64,000 nt of DNA. Origin: Paraphysomonas bandaiensis (lineage: Eukaryota; Protista; Chrysophyceae). The translations under genes were made by a program, and so were the position numbers. Every line of letters begins with the position of its first letter. Position 1 is the first letter of the stretch. Positions 1 to 13,600 of this stretch are shown in pieces. The notes under the pieces are model-generated. The model had not been told where the DNA came from. It saw only the letters and a program-made list of their open reading frames with translations, and did no database searches. The stretch lies in assembly GCA_965644295.1 (NCBI GenBank), contig CBFFRP010000217.1:1-64000 (forward strand). Direction: 5' to 3'.

Positions 1-144
1 TTTGTTGTCAATCTCATACAAAACCAGCTACATATACCCTACATATTATGTTATCATATCGTTATTGCAATAATATAGTTATCAATATTATTATGATGAT
101 GTTGTCATAAAACGTGTAAAAGGGTGTTATAAAAGCCCACGGCT

Positions 145-591
145 TTACAGAAGTGCACTCTTGTAATTTTGATAAGCCTGTGCACTTACGGTAACTTTAT
201 CTTTTCCCGGATTCATATCGTATTGACTGTCGACTTCAACGTGATCACTGCTGGTTGCCTCAACTTCACCTTCCGTGATAATTTCGTCACGTCGTTTCCT
301 TTTATTCCCTCGTTTGGGAAGGTCTTCATCAATAGAGATGGCCGCAAAGAGAAGCTTTGCCACAGCTACGTCAATAGGAAGCTTCATTACGTAAATGTCT
401 TTAGCTTCTCCAGTGTGCTTGATAGCTTCACCATCCTCATTAGTCACCAGTGCTTCTTTTCGTATATCCTCGTCTTTGTTTAGTATGTTGGTGAGTACTT
501 TACACTTCGAAAGATACTGTTTTTTCGTCTTTGTGACAACGTTTCTTTCAGCCTGCCCTTGAACAACAAGACTCAGTCTAGCTCGTTCCAT
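145..591 (-). pseudogene. Truncated N-terminal (core-binding/SAM-like) part of a Crypton-like tyrosine recombinase
   Basis: Motifs TKKQYLSK...LPID...SAQAYQNYKSAL resemble the N-terminal T.k.Y.sk / LP / s..Y.n.kSAL pattern of stramenopile Crypton YRs. The ORF stops right after KSALL and no catalytic R-H-R-Y region follows within the window. Confidence 0.45.
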
Positions 592-753
592 TATATAACA
601 CAATTACAGTTAGTTGATGTACATTGAATGTCCAGTCAGTATACTATGAGTGTTCTTGTTCTATCACTTCAACAGTTCCAGTAATATGATGGATTTCTAT
701 GCTTAAAAAGTGCACTTTTATACTTAAAATAAGGGTTTTTTAGAGTTTAAGGC

Positions 754-868
754 TGTGTAAATTATTTTTCATACTTCTACTAATTTCGAAAAATTACACT
801 CGTTTGCTATGAGATCCTGCGAGGGAGCTGAATCGAAACTATCCGAAGTATGAAAAATAATTTACACA
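754..868. repeat. 24-bp perfect inverted repeat (possible element subterminal/recombinase site)
   Basis: TGTGTAAATTATTTTTCATACTTC (754-777) and its exact reverse complement (845-868); partial third copy TTTTCATACTTC at ~892-903. Confidence 0.85.
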
Positions 869-1604
869 ACTCCAAAAAATTGAGGTTTTAATTTTCATAC
901 TTCTTCGGGTTTTAATTTTTTTGTTTTTTTCGTAATTTTATGGGCATTTATAAAAATCGGTGGTTTTCATAAAAAAAACTAAAAAATTGATTATCTTTAA
1001 AAATATAGAATATTTTAAAAAGTTACATACATGGTTGGAAAGTTCATGTCATGAGCTTCAAAAAACTTATATATATGCTGTAGAAATTATGTCGGCAATA
1101 TGGTGATATTTTTGTTCTCTACAGCGAATTGTCATCACTCGTAGTAAGAGAAAATTATGCTTCTAGTCTACAGCTGTACACAAAACACTGCATAATATAA
1201 CACCATACACCTCTATGTGCCCTATGCATATCTTATACAGTCACTTCAAGTACTAAACTGAAGAGAACATCCTCTCATTCTGGTATGCGGTATGTATGAG
1301 ACGTACATCTAGACATGTATGTACACCGAACCGGTATATACTACAGTGTATACAATACATACAATAGTATACACGTAAATACAACATACTACCGTCTCTC
1401 ATAACAGCAGCAGTATGTACGAAATGGAGAGGTGAGAATCTCGACTCCGAATTTAATTTGTGATGAGTCCAAAGGCCGCTCTCCACCCAGTCCTTGGATT
1501 ATTCTTCCTGGGATAGTCACTTTGATATCACTCTTATGCTCTCTTGTGATTAATCGAAGTATAATCAATCCAGTCATCTGATTACCTGATGCTACTGTCG
1601 TAGT

Positions 1605-4600
1605 ATGCAGGGGGGGTTCACCGTAACTGTCGTGGGTCTTCAGCCCTCCAACTTAACAATATCTAATGTAAGCGCCTGCTTTCCTATAATGTCAGTGTAC
1701 GTTACGAATTGTTGCAGGTGTACTGCAGTCACTCCAATATCGTTTCTTATAATAATTGGGAGACTTTCTATGTTCCGAGTCTGTTTCACAGCCCCGACTC
1801 TGATAAGAGTACAGATGTGCACATTATTGCTAAAACGGATTCTTCGTCTTATCAACATGCGACTTTCTTGCCTGAACACTCCGACTCGAATACATTTAGG
1901 ATTGAGTTTATGCTTAATGGCGGTGCAACAGGCTCCTACATTAGCGTGAAGTGTGTTTGGAATGAACTTCCTGTTATCAAGAGGTGGAGTCCGAATGCTC
2001 AGGTCATGCCAATTAAATCTCTGCGACGAAGTAATAACTATAATGCAGATGTTTATTGGGTACGGGATTCAGCGAATATTATATGGGGATGCGTATGCTT
2101 GGCCGCAGGGCAGGTGTCTTCACTGGGAGTTGAAGTGTGGTGCGACAATACTGTCTGAGTCGAAGAGCACATTTCCTGACATAAGTACAACTCCTGGGGA
2201 TGGCCCGGTGGGATGTAGTGGTTGCGTCGTACCGGTTTACGGCAACCCCGTTGTGATCTCACTGAGAGTTGAGGGCATTGCAGGGGGGGCATTGGGGGAG
2301 GTGTGTATCGATCCGCACGAGTTATATGAGCATGGCTCTCGTGGTTCGGTGTTCACAACTGATTCCAATGCGGCTGAGTTGCGGTTGTGCTGTTTGCAAC
2401 CGGATCAAGCGTCTATCGAGGGCAGCAAATTCACTAAATCCCTTTGCAGAAACGACCGCTTAGACTCCTTGCTCATTCACGTCATGGACGGTCTCGGCTA
2501 CCCTGGTAAACGTAAGGCCTCGTTTTGGGTGCGCTTCGAGACAGTGAATGAACAAGGGCTTGTAGTGTATTCAGCAGAGAGTGTATGCTCTGTGCACCAC
2601 CGTCACCTGCTATGGGATCAGCGTTTAGAGCTTCAAGTACCCCACGGTGAGATAGAAAAGTGCTTTCTTAGGGTAAGCCTTCTTTCTGGGGAAAAGGTGG
2701 AGGCTGTGACGGAGAAGAGATTAGTTGGTCTACTTGGAGGGGACAGGAGAAAAAGTAAGCGGCGAGAATGTGTTCTTCCTATGGCAATGTGCTCAGCATC
2801 CTCGATGAGTGGAGACTATGAGAGCACCCACGTACGGCTACGTTTGGGTTTGTTATTGTTGAATGGTGATGAGAACGAATCAGCTCTGGCAGAATTCAAT
2901 GTTAAATCTACAACAGCTATATCGAAGACTTACAAGCCAGCTCTTAGGAGTAGAACTGGAAGAGAGTTAAGTGTTTCTAAGGACGATATTAACCACACAC
3001 CGCGATCAGATGGGTCAGCCTTACATGCAGTTGACAAACTGCTGGAGTCGAGATATCGCCGTGCTGACGAAATTTTATCAGAATTCGATGCTACATTCCC
3101 CTCTGAAAGCATCTCAGGAAAAAGTTTCACAGAGTTTCTTCGGCTAAGCGTATCCCCAGAATGTGCTGAAGATATACAACGATGTATTGATTCTTTTCTC
3201 AATGGCTGTCCATGTACTTACAAACGGTGGCCGCCGAAGCTGCACAGTGCAATAGATAAATTCTATGAAGGAATTGCGCTTGCCCAGCAAAATGATTCGA
3301 CGAAAAATGGACTGCTGGATATATCTGTTGGTAAATATACTGCAAGGCGCTTCTTGCACACATATCTATCTATCTCAGAAGCACGGGTTTCAGGGCACGG
3401 GAAGGAAATTCGTCTTGTTGTAGTGCACTCTGAAAATGGTATTCAGGATGAAAATTTTCAGGAGAGAACGATAACGTTGGAACAACGCCTTCTAGCAATG
3501 GAGAATATTGTGGTCGAGACTAACGAGATCATAGACAGAGTCATTTCACATTGTCGAGGAGAAGAACTAGAGGGCAGAGTTGGAGCTCTTGACTCTACTC
3601 TCAGCGAGTACGTTGTTTTTGTTTCAACAAACTTTAGATTGATATGAAATTAAATGCAGATTTTCGGGGCGCAATGTTCATCAATTTGAGACTGATGATC
3701 AACTGGATGAGCTGCGACGAAAAACACACGAGCTATCGCCGTACGTTTCGTCTCCACATCATTTCAGACGCTCGGAAGCTCTGCTCGCACGTCGGAATAT
3801 TACCTCTACTAGTCCATCTGAAGTAGTGATAGACAGGGGCTTATCTGTGTTCTCGCTCAGTAATTATCTGAAGACAAAAATGAACAGTGCCAATACTGCT
3901 ATAGATGTAATATCTAAACAGATAACCCAAGACTTGAATTTACATCAGCATGTCATTTGTGGAGGCAGTGACACGGTACGTGCCACCACACAATTTTAAT
4001 CTCGAGAATTATATTTTGCATAGCAATTACCTGATGAAAGAAGCATATTGCTACGATATTTAAAGCAATTACTCTATCAGGTATTTAAGATCCGTTAGAT
4101 ATCGATAAGGTGGCTGTTATGAATGTTCATGTCAGGTATATTCGCTTAAGGAGAGCATTCGTACTAAAAGCGATTTAATATTTGGGGATATTTTATCTCC
4201 AAGAGAAAGTAATATTTCAAGGTGATGAAACTCATATAACCGTGTGCAGCATGATTATTTGTACAGATTTGGGAAAAAATCTCGGGCTCTTGCTGCAGAT
4301 GTGTATAAGGATATGATGGATGCAATGTCTCACTTACAAAAGAGTGAGAGGGGTGTGCGATTGCTTATAGCGAAGTTAGAAGGTGTTGTGGAGGCATCCT
4401 ATCGCTGCCGACCAGATAGTCCAAACGTTCTGACGGCTGACAGCAGTCCGGGAAAGATAAAGTTTACCGACACAATGAGTGTTGCTTGTGGGCAAGTGCA
4501 ATCGGAGAGCGGAGAAAGTCCTGGGAGAGGCAATGACGAAAATGTCCAAGAAAAAAAGCCAATTGGTGGTGAAAATGACATCACATCAACGTCTATCAAC

Positions 4601-7600
4601 GTATGCCGCGAAAGAAATACCTCCGTCATTGTTGTGGAACCACCGCATCTTGATGTCATTGGCGGAGTTGATAAGCCAGTAAGTGTATCGCCTGGTGTAC
4701 ATTCTCCGTCATCCGCGGCAGATGCACCTACATTATCAGTTCCTTCGTCTTCTTCGGGGATGCTAAATGAGCTCACAGTAGGGACCAAGGTGGAGGCTCG
4801 TTATGGCGGTTCGAACGAATGGTATGGCGCTACTATATCAGGTGTGACACACTCTGATACAGGCAAGATGTTGTACTCACTTCATTACGATGACGGTGAT
4901 GAGGAGGATGATGCGCATCGTGTGAAGATTCGACTTCCTGGACAACGTCAACGCCGTGATTTGAATGTAGGTGAGGAGGTTGATGCATCATGTGATGAAT
5001 GCGATGGTGCTATACTTCCTGGGACAATAGTAGGAAAGTCGGGAGACAAGTATACTGTTCGTTTCAACCTTCGTGAGTTGGGTGTCGGTGATTCCGACGG
5101 TGTGGAGAATGTGTTAGGGCGGAAGTTCATATTTGGTCCCCATTTCAGCAAAGATAGTAGTATGACTAGTTCAGTGAATCCGTCTGCGGGTGCGGCTGAT
5201 GCCGATAATTGCCGTGAGGATAAGGATGGCATTGGCGGAGTTGGCCATCATCCACCTTTATCTGTGGATAAACCAGTAAGTGTATCGCCTGGTGTGCATT
5301 CTCCGTCATCCGCGGCAGATGCACCTACATTATCAGTTCCTTCGTCTTCTTCGGGGATGCTAAATGAGCTCACAGTAGGGACCAAGGTGGAGGCTCGTTA
5401 TGGCGGTTCGAACGAATGGTATGGCGCTACTATATCAGGTGTGACACACTCTGATACAGGCAAGATGTTGTACTCACTTCATTACGATGACGGTGATGAG
5501 GAGGATGATGCGCATCGTGTGAAGATTCGACTTCCTGGACAACGTCAACGCCGTGATTTGAATGTAGGTGAGGAGGTTGATGCATCATGTGATGAATGCG
5601 ATGGTGCTATACTTCCTGGGACAATAGTAGGAAAGTCGGGAGACAAGTATACTGTTCGTTTCAACCTTCGTGAGTTGGGTGTCGGTGATTCCGACGGTGT
5701 GGAGAATGTGTTAGGGCGGAAGTTCATATTTAGTCCCCATTTCAGCAAAGATAGTAGTATGACTAGTTCAGTGAATCCGTCTGCGGGTGCGGCTGATGCC
5801 GATAATTGCCGTGAGGATAAGGATGGCATTGGCGGAGTTGGCCATCATCCACCTTTATCTGTGGATAAACCAGTAAGTGTATCGCCTGGTGTGCATTCTC
5901 CGTCATCCGCGGCAGATGCACCTACATTATCAGTTCCTTCGTCTTCTTCGGGGATGCTAAATGAGCTCACAGTAGGAACCAAGGTGGAGGCTCGTTATGG
6001 CGGTTCGAACGAATGGTATGGCGCTACTATATCAGGTGTGACACACTCTGATACAGGCAAGATGTTGTACTCACTTCATTACGATGACGGTGATGAGGAG
6101 GATGATGCGCATCGTGTGAAGATTCGACTTCCTGGACAACGTCAACGCCGTGATTTGAATGTAGGTGAGGAGGTTGATGCATCATGTGATGAATGCGATG
6201 GTGCTATACTTCCTGGGACAATAGTAGGAAAGTCGGGAGACAAGTATACTGTTCGTTTCAACCTTCGTGAGTTGGGTGTCGGTGATTCCGACGGTGTGGA
6301 GAATGTGTTAGGGCGGAAGTTCATATTTGGTCCCCATTTCAGCAAAGATAGTAGTATGACTAGTTCAGTGAATCCGTCTGCGGGTGCAGCTGATGCCGAT
6401 AATTGCCGTGAGGATAAGGATGGCATTGGCGGAGTTGGCCATCATCCACCTTTATCTGTGGATAAACCAGTAAGTGTATCACCTGGTGTGCATTCTCCGT
6501 CATCCGCGGCAGATGCACCTACATTATCAGTTCCTTCGTCTTCTTCGGGGATGCTAAATGAGCTCACAGTAGGGACCAAGGTGGAGGCTCGTTATGGCGG
6601 TTCGAACGAATGGTATGGCGCTACTATATCAGGTGTGACACACTCTGATACAGGCAAGATGTTGTACTCACTTCATTACGATGACGGTGATGAGGAGGAT
6701 GATGCGCATCGTGTGAAGATTCGACTTCCTGGACAACGTCAACGCCGTGATTTGAATGTAGGTGAGGAGGTTGATGCATCATGTGATGAATGCGATGGTG
6801 CTATACTTCCTGGGACAATAGTAGGAAAGTCGGGAGACAAGTATACTGTTCGTTTCAACCTTCGTGAGTTGGGTGTCGGTGATTCCGACGGTGTGGAGAA
6901 TGTGTTAGGGCGGAAGTTCATATTTGGTCCCCATTTCAGCAAAGATAGTAGTATGACTAGTTCAGTGAATCCGTCTGCGGGTGCAGCTGATGCCGATAAT
7001 TGCCGTGAGGATAAGGATGGCATTGGCGGAGTTGGCCATCATCCACCTTTATCTGTGGATAAACCAGTAAGTGTATCACCTGGTGTGCATTCTCCGTCAT
7101 CCGCGGCAGATGCACCTACATTATCAGTTCCTTCGTCTTCTTCGGGGATGCTAAATGAGCTCACAGTAGGGACCAAGGTGGAGGCTCGTTATGGCGGTTC
7201 GAACGAATGGTATGGCGCTACTATATCAGGTGTGACACACTCTGATACAGGCAAGATGTTGTACTCACTTCATTACGATGACGGTGATGAGGAGGATGAT
7301 GCGCATCGTGTGAAGATTCGACTTCCTGGACAACGTCAACGCCGTGATTTGAATGTAGGTGAGGAGGTTGATGCATCATGTGATGAATGCGATGGTGCTA
7401 TACTTCCTGGGACAATAGTAGGAAAGTCGGGAGACAAGTATACTGTTCGTTTCAACCTTCGTGAGTTGGGTGTCGGTTGTGATGAATGCGATGGTGCTAT
7501 ACTTCCTGGGACAATGACGGTGTGGAGAATGTGTTAGGGCGGAAGTTCATATTTGGTCCCCATTTCAGCAAAGATAGTAGTATGACTAGTTCAGTGAATC

Positions 7601-10600
7601 CGTCTGCGGGTGCAGCTGATGCCGATAATTGCCGTGAGGATAAGGATGGCATTGGCGGAGTTGGCCATCATCCACCTTTATCTGTGGATAAACCAGTAAG
7701 TGTATCGCCTGGTGTGCATTCTCCGTCATCCGCGGCAGATGCACCTACATTATCAGTTCCTTCGTCTTCTTCGGGGATGCTAAATGAGCTCACAGTAGGG
7801 ACCAAGGTGGAGGCTCGTTATGGCGGTTCGAACGAATGGTATGGCGCTACTATATCAGGTGTGACACACTCTGATACAGGCAAGATGTTGTACTCACTTC
7901 ATTACGATGACGGTGATGAGGAGGATGATGCGCATCGTGTGAAGATTCGACTTCCTGGACAACGTCAACGCCGTGATTTGAATGTAGGTGAGGAGGTTGA
8001 TGCATCATGTGATGAATGCGATGGTGCTATACTTCCTGGGACAATAGTAGGAAAGTCGGGAGACAAGTATACTGTTCGTTTCAACCTTCGTGAGTTGGGT
8101 GTCGGTGATTCCGACGGTGTGGAGAATGTGTTAGGGCGGAAGTTCATATTTGGTCCCCATTTCAGCAAAGATAGTAGTATGACTAGTTCAGTGAATCCGT
8201 CTGCGGGTGCAGCTGATGCCGATAATTGCCGTGAGGATAAGGATGGCATTGGCGGAGTTGGCCATCATCCACCTTTATCTGTGGATAAACCAGTAAGTGT
8301 ATCGCCTGGTGTGCATTCTCCGTCATCCGCGGCAGATGCACCTACATTATCAGTTCCTTCGTCTTCTTCGGGGATGCTAAATGAGCTCACAGTAGGGACC
8401 AAGGTGGAGGCTCGTTATGGCGGTTCGAACGAATGGTATGGCGCTACTATATCAGGTGTGACACACTCTGATACAGGCAAGATGTTGTACTCACTTCATT
8501 ACGATGACGGTGATGAGGAGGATGATGCGCATCGTGTGAAGATTCGACTTCCTGGACAACGTCAACGCCGTGATTTGAATGTAGGTGAGGAGGTTGATGC
8601 ATCATGTGATGAATGCGATGGTGCTATACTTCCTGGGACAATAGTAGGAAAGTCGGGAGACAAGTATACTGTTCGTTTCAACCTTCGTGAGTTGGGTGTC
8701 GGTGATTCCGACGGTGTGGAGAATGTGTTAGGGCGGAAGTTCATATTTGGTCCCCATTTCAGCAAAGATAGTAGTATGACTAGTTCAGTGAATCCGTCTG
8801 CGGGTGCAGCTGATGCCGATAATTGCCGTGAGGATAAGGATGGCATTGGCGGAGTTGGCCATCATCCACCTTTATCTGTGGATAAACCAGTAAGTGTATC
8901 GCCTGGTGTGCATTCTCCGTCATCCGCGGCAGATGCACCTACATTATCAGTTCCTTCGTCTTCTTCGGGGATGCTAAATGAGCTCACAGTAGGGACCAAG
9001 GTGGAGGCTCGTTATGGCGGTTCGAACGAATGGTATGGCGCTACTATATCAGGTGTGACACACTCTGATACAGGCAAGATGTTGTACTCACTTCATTACG
9101 ATGACGGTGATGAGGAGGATGATGCGCATCGTGTGAAGATTCGACTTCCTGGACAACGTCAACGCCGTGATTTGAATGTAGGTGAGGAGGTTGATGCATC
9201 ATGTGATGAATGCGATGGTGCTATACTTCCTGGGACAATAGTAGGAAAGTCGGGAGACAAGTATACTGTTCGTTTCAACCTTCGTGAGTTGGGTGTCGGT
9301 GATTCCGACGGTGTGGAGAATGTGTTAGGGCGGAAGTTCATATTTGGTCCCCATTTCAGCAAAGATAGTAGTATGACTAGTTCAGTGAATCCGTCTGCGG
9401 GTGCAGCTGATGCCGATAATTGCCGTGAGGATAAGGATGGCATTGGCGGAGTTGGCCATCATCCACCTTTATCTGTGGATAAACCAGTAAGTGTATCGCC
9501 TGGTGTGCATTCTCCGTCATCCGCGGCAGATGCACCTACATTATCAGTTCCTTCGTCTTCTTCGGGGATGCTAAATGAGCTCACAGTAGGGACCAAGGTG
9601 GAGGCTCGTTATGGCGGTTCGAACGAATGGTATGGCGCTACTATATCAGGTGTGACACACTCTGATACAGGCAAGATGTTGTACTCACTTCATTACGATG
9701 ACGGTGATGAGGAGGATGATGCGCATCGTGTGAAGATTCGACTTCCTGGACAACGTCAACGCCGTGATTTGAATGTAGGTGAGGAGGTTGATGCATCATG
9801 TGATGAATGCGATGGTGCTATACTTCCTGGGACAATAGTAGGAAAGTCGGGAGACAAGTATACTGTTCGTTTCAACCTTCGTGAGTTGGGTGTCGGTGAT
9901 TCCGACGGTGTGGAGAATGTGTTAGGGCGGAAGTTCATATTTGGTCCCCATTTCAGCAAAGATAGTAGTATGACTAGTTCAGTGAATCCGTCTGCGGGTG
10001 CAGCTGATGCCGATAATTGCCGTGAGGATAAGGATGGCATTGGCGGAGTTGGCCATCATCCACCTTTATCTGTGGATAAACCAGTAAGTGTATCGCCTGG
10101 TGTGCATTCTCCGTCATCCGCGGCAGATGCACCTACATTATCAGTTCCTTCGTCTTCTTCGGGGATGCTAAATGAGCTCACAGTAGGGACCAAGGTGGAG
10201 GCTCGTTATGGCGGCTCGAACGAATGGTATGGCGCTACTATATCAGGTGTGACACACTCTGATACAGGCAAGATGTTGTACTCACTTCATTACGATGACG
10301 GTGATGAGGAGGATGATGCGCATCGTGTGAAGATTCGACTTCCTGGACAACGTCAACGCCGTGATTTGAATGTAGGTGAGGAGGTTGATGCATCATGTGA
10401 TGAATGCGATGGTGCTATACTTCCTGGGACAATAGTAGGAAAGTCGGGAGACAAGTATACTGTTCGTTTCAACCTTCGTGAGTTGGGTGTCGGTGATTCC
10501 GACGGTGTGGAGAATGTGTTAGGGCGGAAGTTCATATTTGGTCCCCATTTCAGCAAAGATAGTAGTATGACTAGTTCAGTGAATCCGTCTGCGGGTGCAG

Positions 10601-13600
10601 CTGATGCCGATAATTGCCGTGAGGATAAGGATGGCATTGGCGGAGTTGGCCATCATCCACCTTTATCTGTGGATAAACCAGTAAGTGTATCGCCTGGTGT
10701 GCATTCTCCGTCATCCGCGGCAGATGCACCTACATTATCAGTTCCTTCGTCTTCTTCGGGGATGCTAAATGAGCTCACAGTAGGGACCAAGGTGGAGGCT
10801 CGTTATGGCGGTTCGAACGAATGGTATGGCGCTACTATATCAGGTGTGACACACTCTGATACAGGCAAGATGTTGTACTCACTTCATTACGATGACGGTG
10901 ATGAGGAGGATGATGCGCATCGTGTGAAGATTCGACTTCCTGGACAACGTCAACGCCGTGATTTGAATGTAGGTGAGGAGGTTGATGCATCATGTGATGA
11001 ATGCGATGGTGCTATACTTCCTGGGACAATAGTAGGAAAGTCGGGAGACAAGTATACTGTTCGTTTCAACCTTCGTGAGTTGGGTGTCGGTGATTCCGAC
11101 GGTGTGGAGAATGTGTTAGGGCGGAATTTCATATTTGGTCCCCATTTCAGCAAAGATAGTAGTATGACTAGTTCAGTGAATCCGTCTGCGGGTGCAGCTG
11201 ATGCCGATAATTGCCGTGAGGATAAGGATGGCATTGGCGGAGTTGGCCATCATCCACCTTTATCTGTGGATAAACCAGTAAGTGTATCGCCTGGTGTGCA
11301 TTCTCCGTCATCCGCGGCAGATGCACCTACATTATCAGTTCCTTCGTCTTCTTCGGGGATGCTAAATGAGCTCACAGTAGGGACCAAGGTGGAGGCTCGT
11401 TATGGCGGTTCGAACGAATGGTATGGCGCTACTATATCAGGTGTGACACACTCTGATACAGGCAAGATGTTGTACTCACTTCATTACGATGACGGTGATG
11501 AGGAGGATGATGCGCATCGTGTGAAGATTCGACTTCCTGGACAACGTCAACGCCGTGATTTGAATGTAGGTGAGGAGGTTGATGCATCATGTGATGAATG
11601 CGATGGTGCTATACTTCCTGGGACAATAGTAGGAAAGTCGGGAGACAAGTATACTGTTCGTTTCAACCTTCGTGAGTTGGGTGTCGGTGATTCCGACGGT
11701 GTGGAGAATGTGTTAGGGCGGAAGTTCATATTTGGTCCCCATTTCAGCAAAGATAGTAGTATGACTAGTTCAGTGAATCCGTCTGCGGGTGCAGCTGATG
11801 CCGATAATTGCCGTGAGGATAAGGATGGCATTGGCGGAGTTGGCCATCATCCACCTTTATCTGTGGATAAACCAGTAAGTGTATCACCTGGTGTGCATTC
11901 TCCGTCATCCGCGGCAGATGCACCTACATTATCAGTTCCTTCGTCTTCTTCGGGGATGCTAAATGAGCTCACAGTAGGGACCAAGGTGGAGGCTCGTTAT
12001 GGCGGTTCGAACGAATGGTATGGCGCTACTATATCAGGTGTGACACACTCTGATACAGGCAAGATGTTGTACTCACTTCATTACGATGACGGTGATGAGG
12101 AGGATGATGCGCATCGTGTGAAGATTCGACTTCCTGGACAACGTCAACGCCGTGATTTGAATGTAGGTGAGGAGGTTGATGCATCATGTGATGAATGCGA
12201 TGGTGCTATACTTCCTGGGACAATAGTAGGAAAGTCGGGAGACAAGTATACTGTTCGTTTCAACCTTCGTGAGTTGGGTGTCGGTGATTCCGACGGTGTG
12301 GAGAATGTGTTAGGGCGGAAGTTCATATTTGGTCCCCATTTCAGCAAAGATAGTAGTATGACTAGTTCAGTGAATCCGTCTGCGGGTGCAGCTGATGCCG
12401 ATAATTGCCGTGAGGATAAGGATGGCATTGGCGGAGTTGGCCATCATCCACCTTTATCTGTGGATAAACCAGTAAGTGTATCGCCTGGTGTGCATTCTCC
12501 GTCATCCGCGGCAGATGCACCTACATTATCAGTTCCTTCGTCTTCTTCGGGGATGCTAAATGAGCTCACAGTAGGGACCAAGGTGGAGGCTCGTTATGGC
12601 GGTTCGAACGAATGGTATGGCGCTACTATATCAGGTGTGACACACTCTGATACAGGCAAGATGTTGTACTCACTTCATTACGATGACGGTGATGAGGAGG
12701 ATGATGCGCATCGTGTGAAGATTCGACTTCCTGGACAACGTCAACGCCGTGATTTGAATGTAGGTGAGGAGGTTGATGCATCATGTGATGAATGCGATGG
12801 TGCTATACTTCCTGGGACAATAGTAGGAAAGTCGGGAGACAAGTATACTGTTCGTTTCAACCTTCGTGAGTTGGGTGTCGGTGATTCCGACGGTGTGGAG
12901 AATGTGTTAGGGCGGAAGTTCATATTTGGTCCCCATTTCAGCAAAGATAGTAGTATGACTAGTTCAGTGAATCCGTCTGCGGGTGCAGCTGATGCCGATA
13001 ATTGCCGTGAGGATAAGGATGGCATTGGCGGAGTTGGCCATCATCCACCTTTATCTGTGGATAAACCAGTAAGTGTATCGCCTGGTGTGCATTCTCCGTC
13101 ATCCGCGGCAGATGCACCTACATTATCAGTTCCTTCGTCTTCTTCGGGGATGCTAAATGAGCTCACAGTAGGGACCAAGGTGGAGGCTCGTTATGGCGGT
13201 TCGAACGAATGGTATGGCGCTACTATATCAGGTGTGACACACTCTGATACAGGCAAGATGTTGTACTCACTTCATTACGATGACGGTGATGAGGAGGATG
13301 ATGCGCATCGTGTGAAGATTCGACTTCCTGGACAACGTCAACGCCGTGATTTGAATGTAGGTGAGGAGGTTGATGCATCATGTGATGAATGCGATGGTGC
13401 TATACTTCCTGGGACAATAGTAGGAAAGTCGGGAGACAAGTATACTGTTCGTTTCAACCTTCGTGAGTTGGGTGTCGGTGATTCCGACGGTGTGGAGAAT
13501 GTGTTAGGGCGGAAGTTCATATTTGGTCCCCATTTCAGCAAAGATAGTAGTATGACTAGTTCAGTGAATCCGTCTGCGGGTGCAGCTGATGCCGATAATT

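Noticed and set aside
7067-7696. Skipping of frameshifted repeat 5 via the repeat's GTAAGT donor
   Set aside because: Intron lengths to the obvious acceptors do not restore frame (630 nt gives an immediate TAA).
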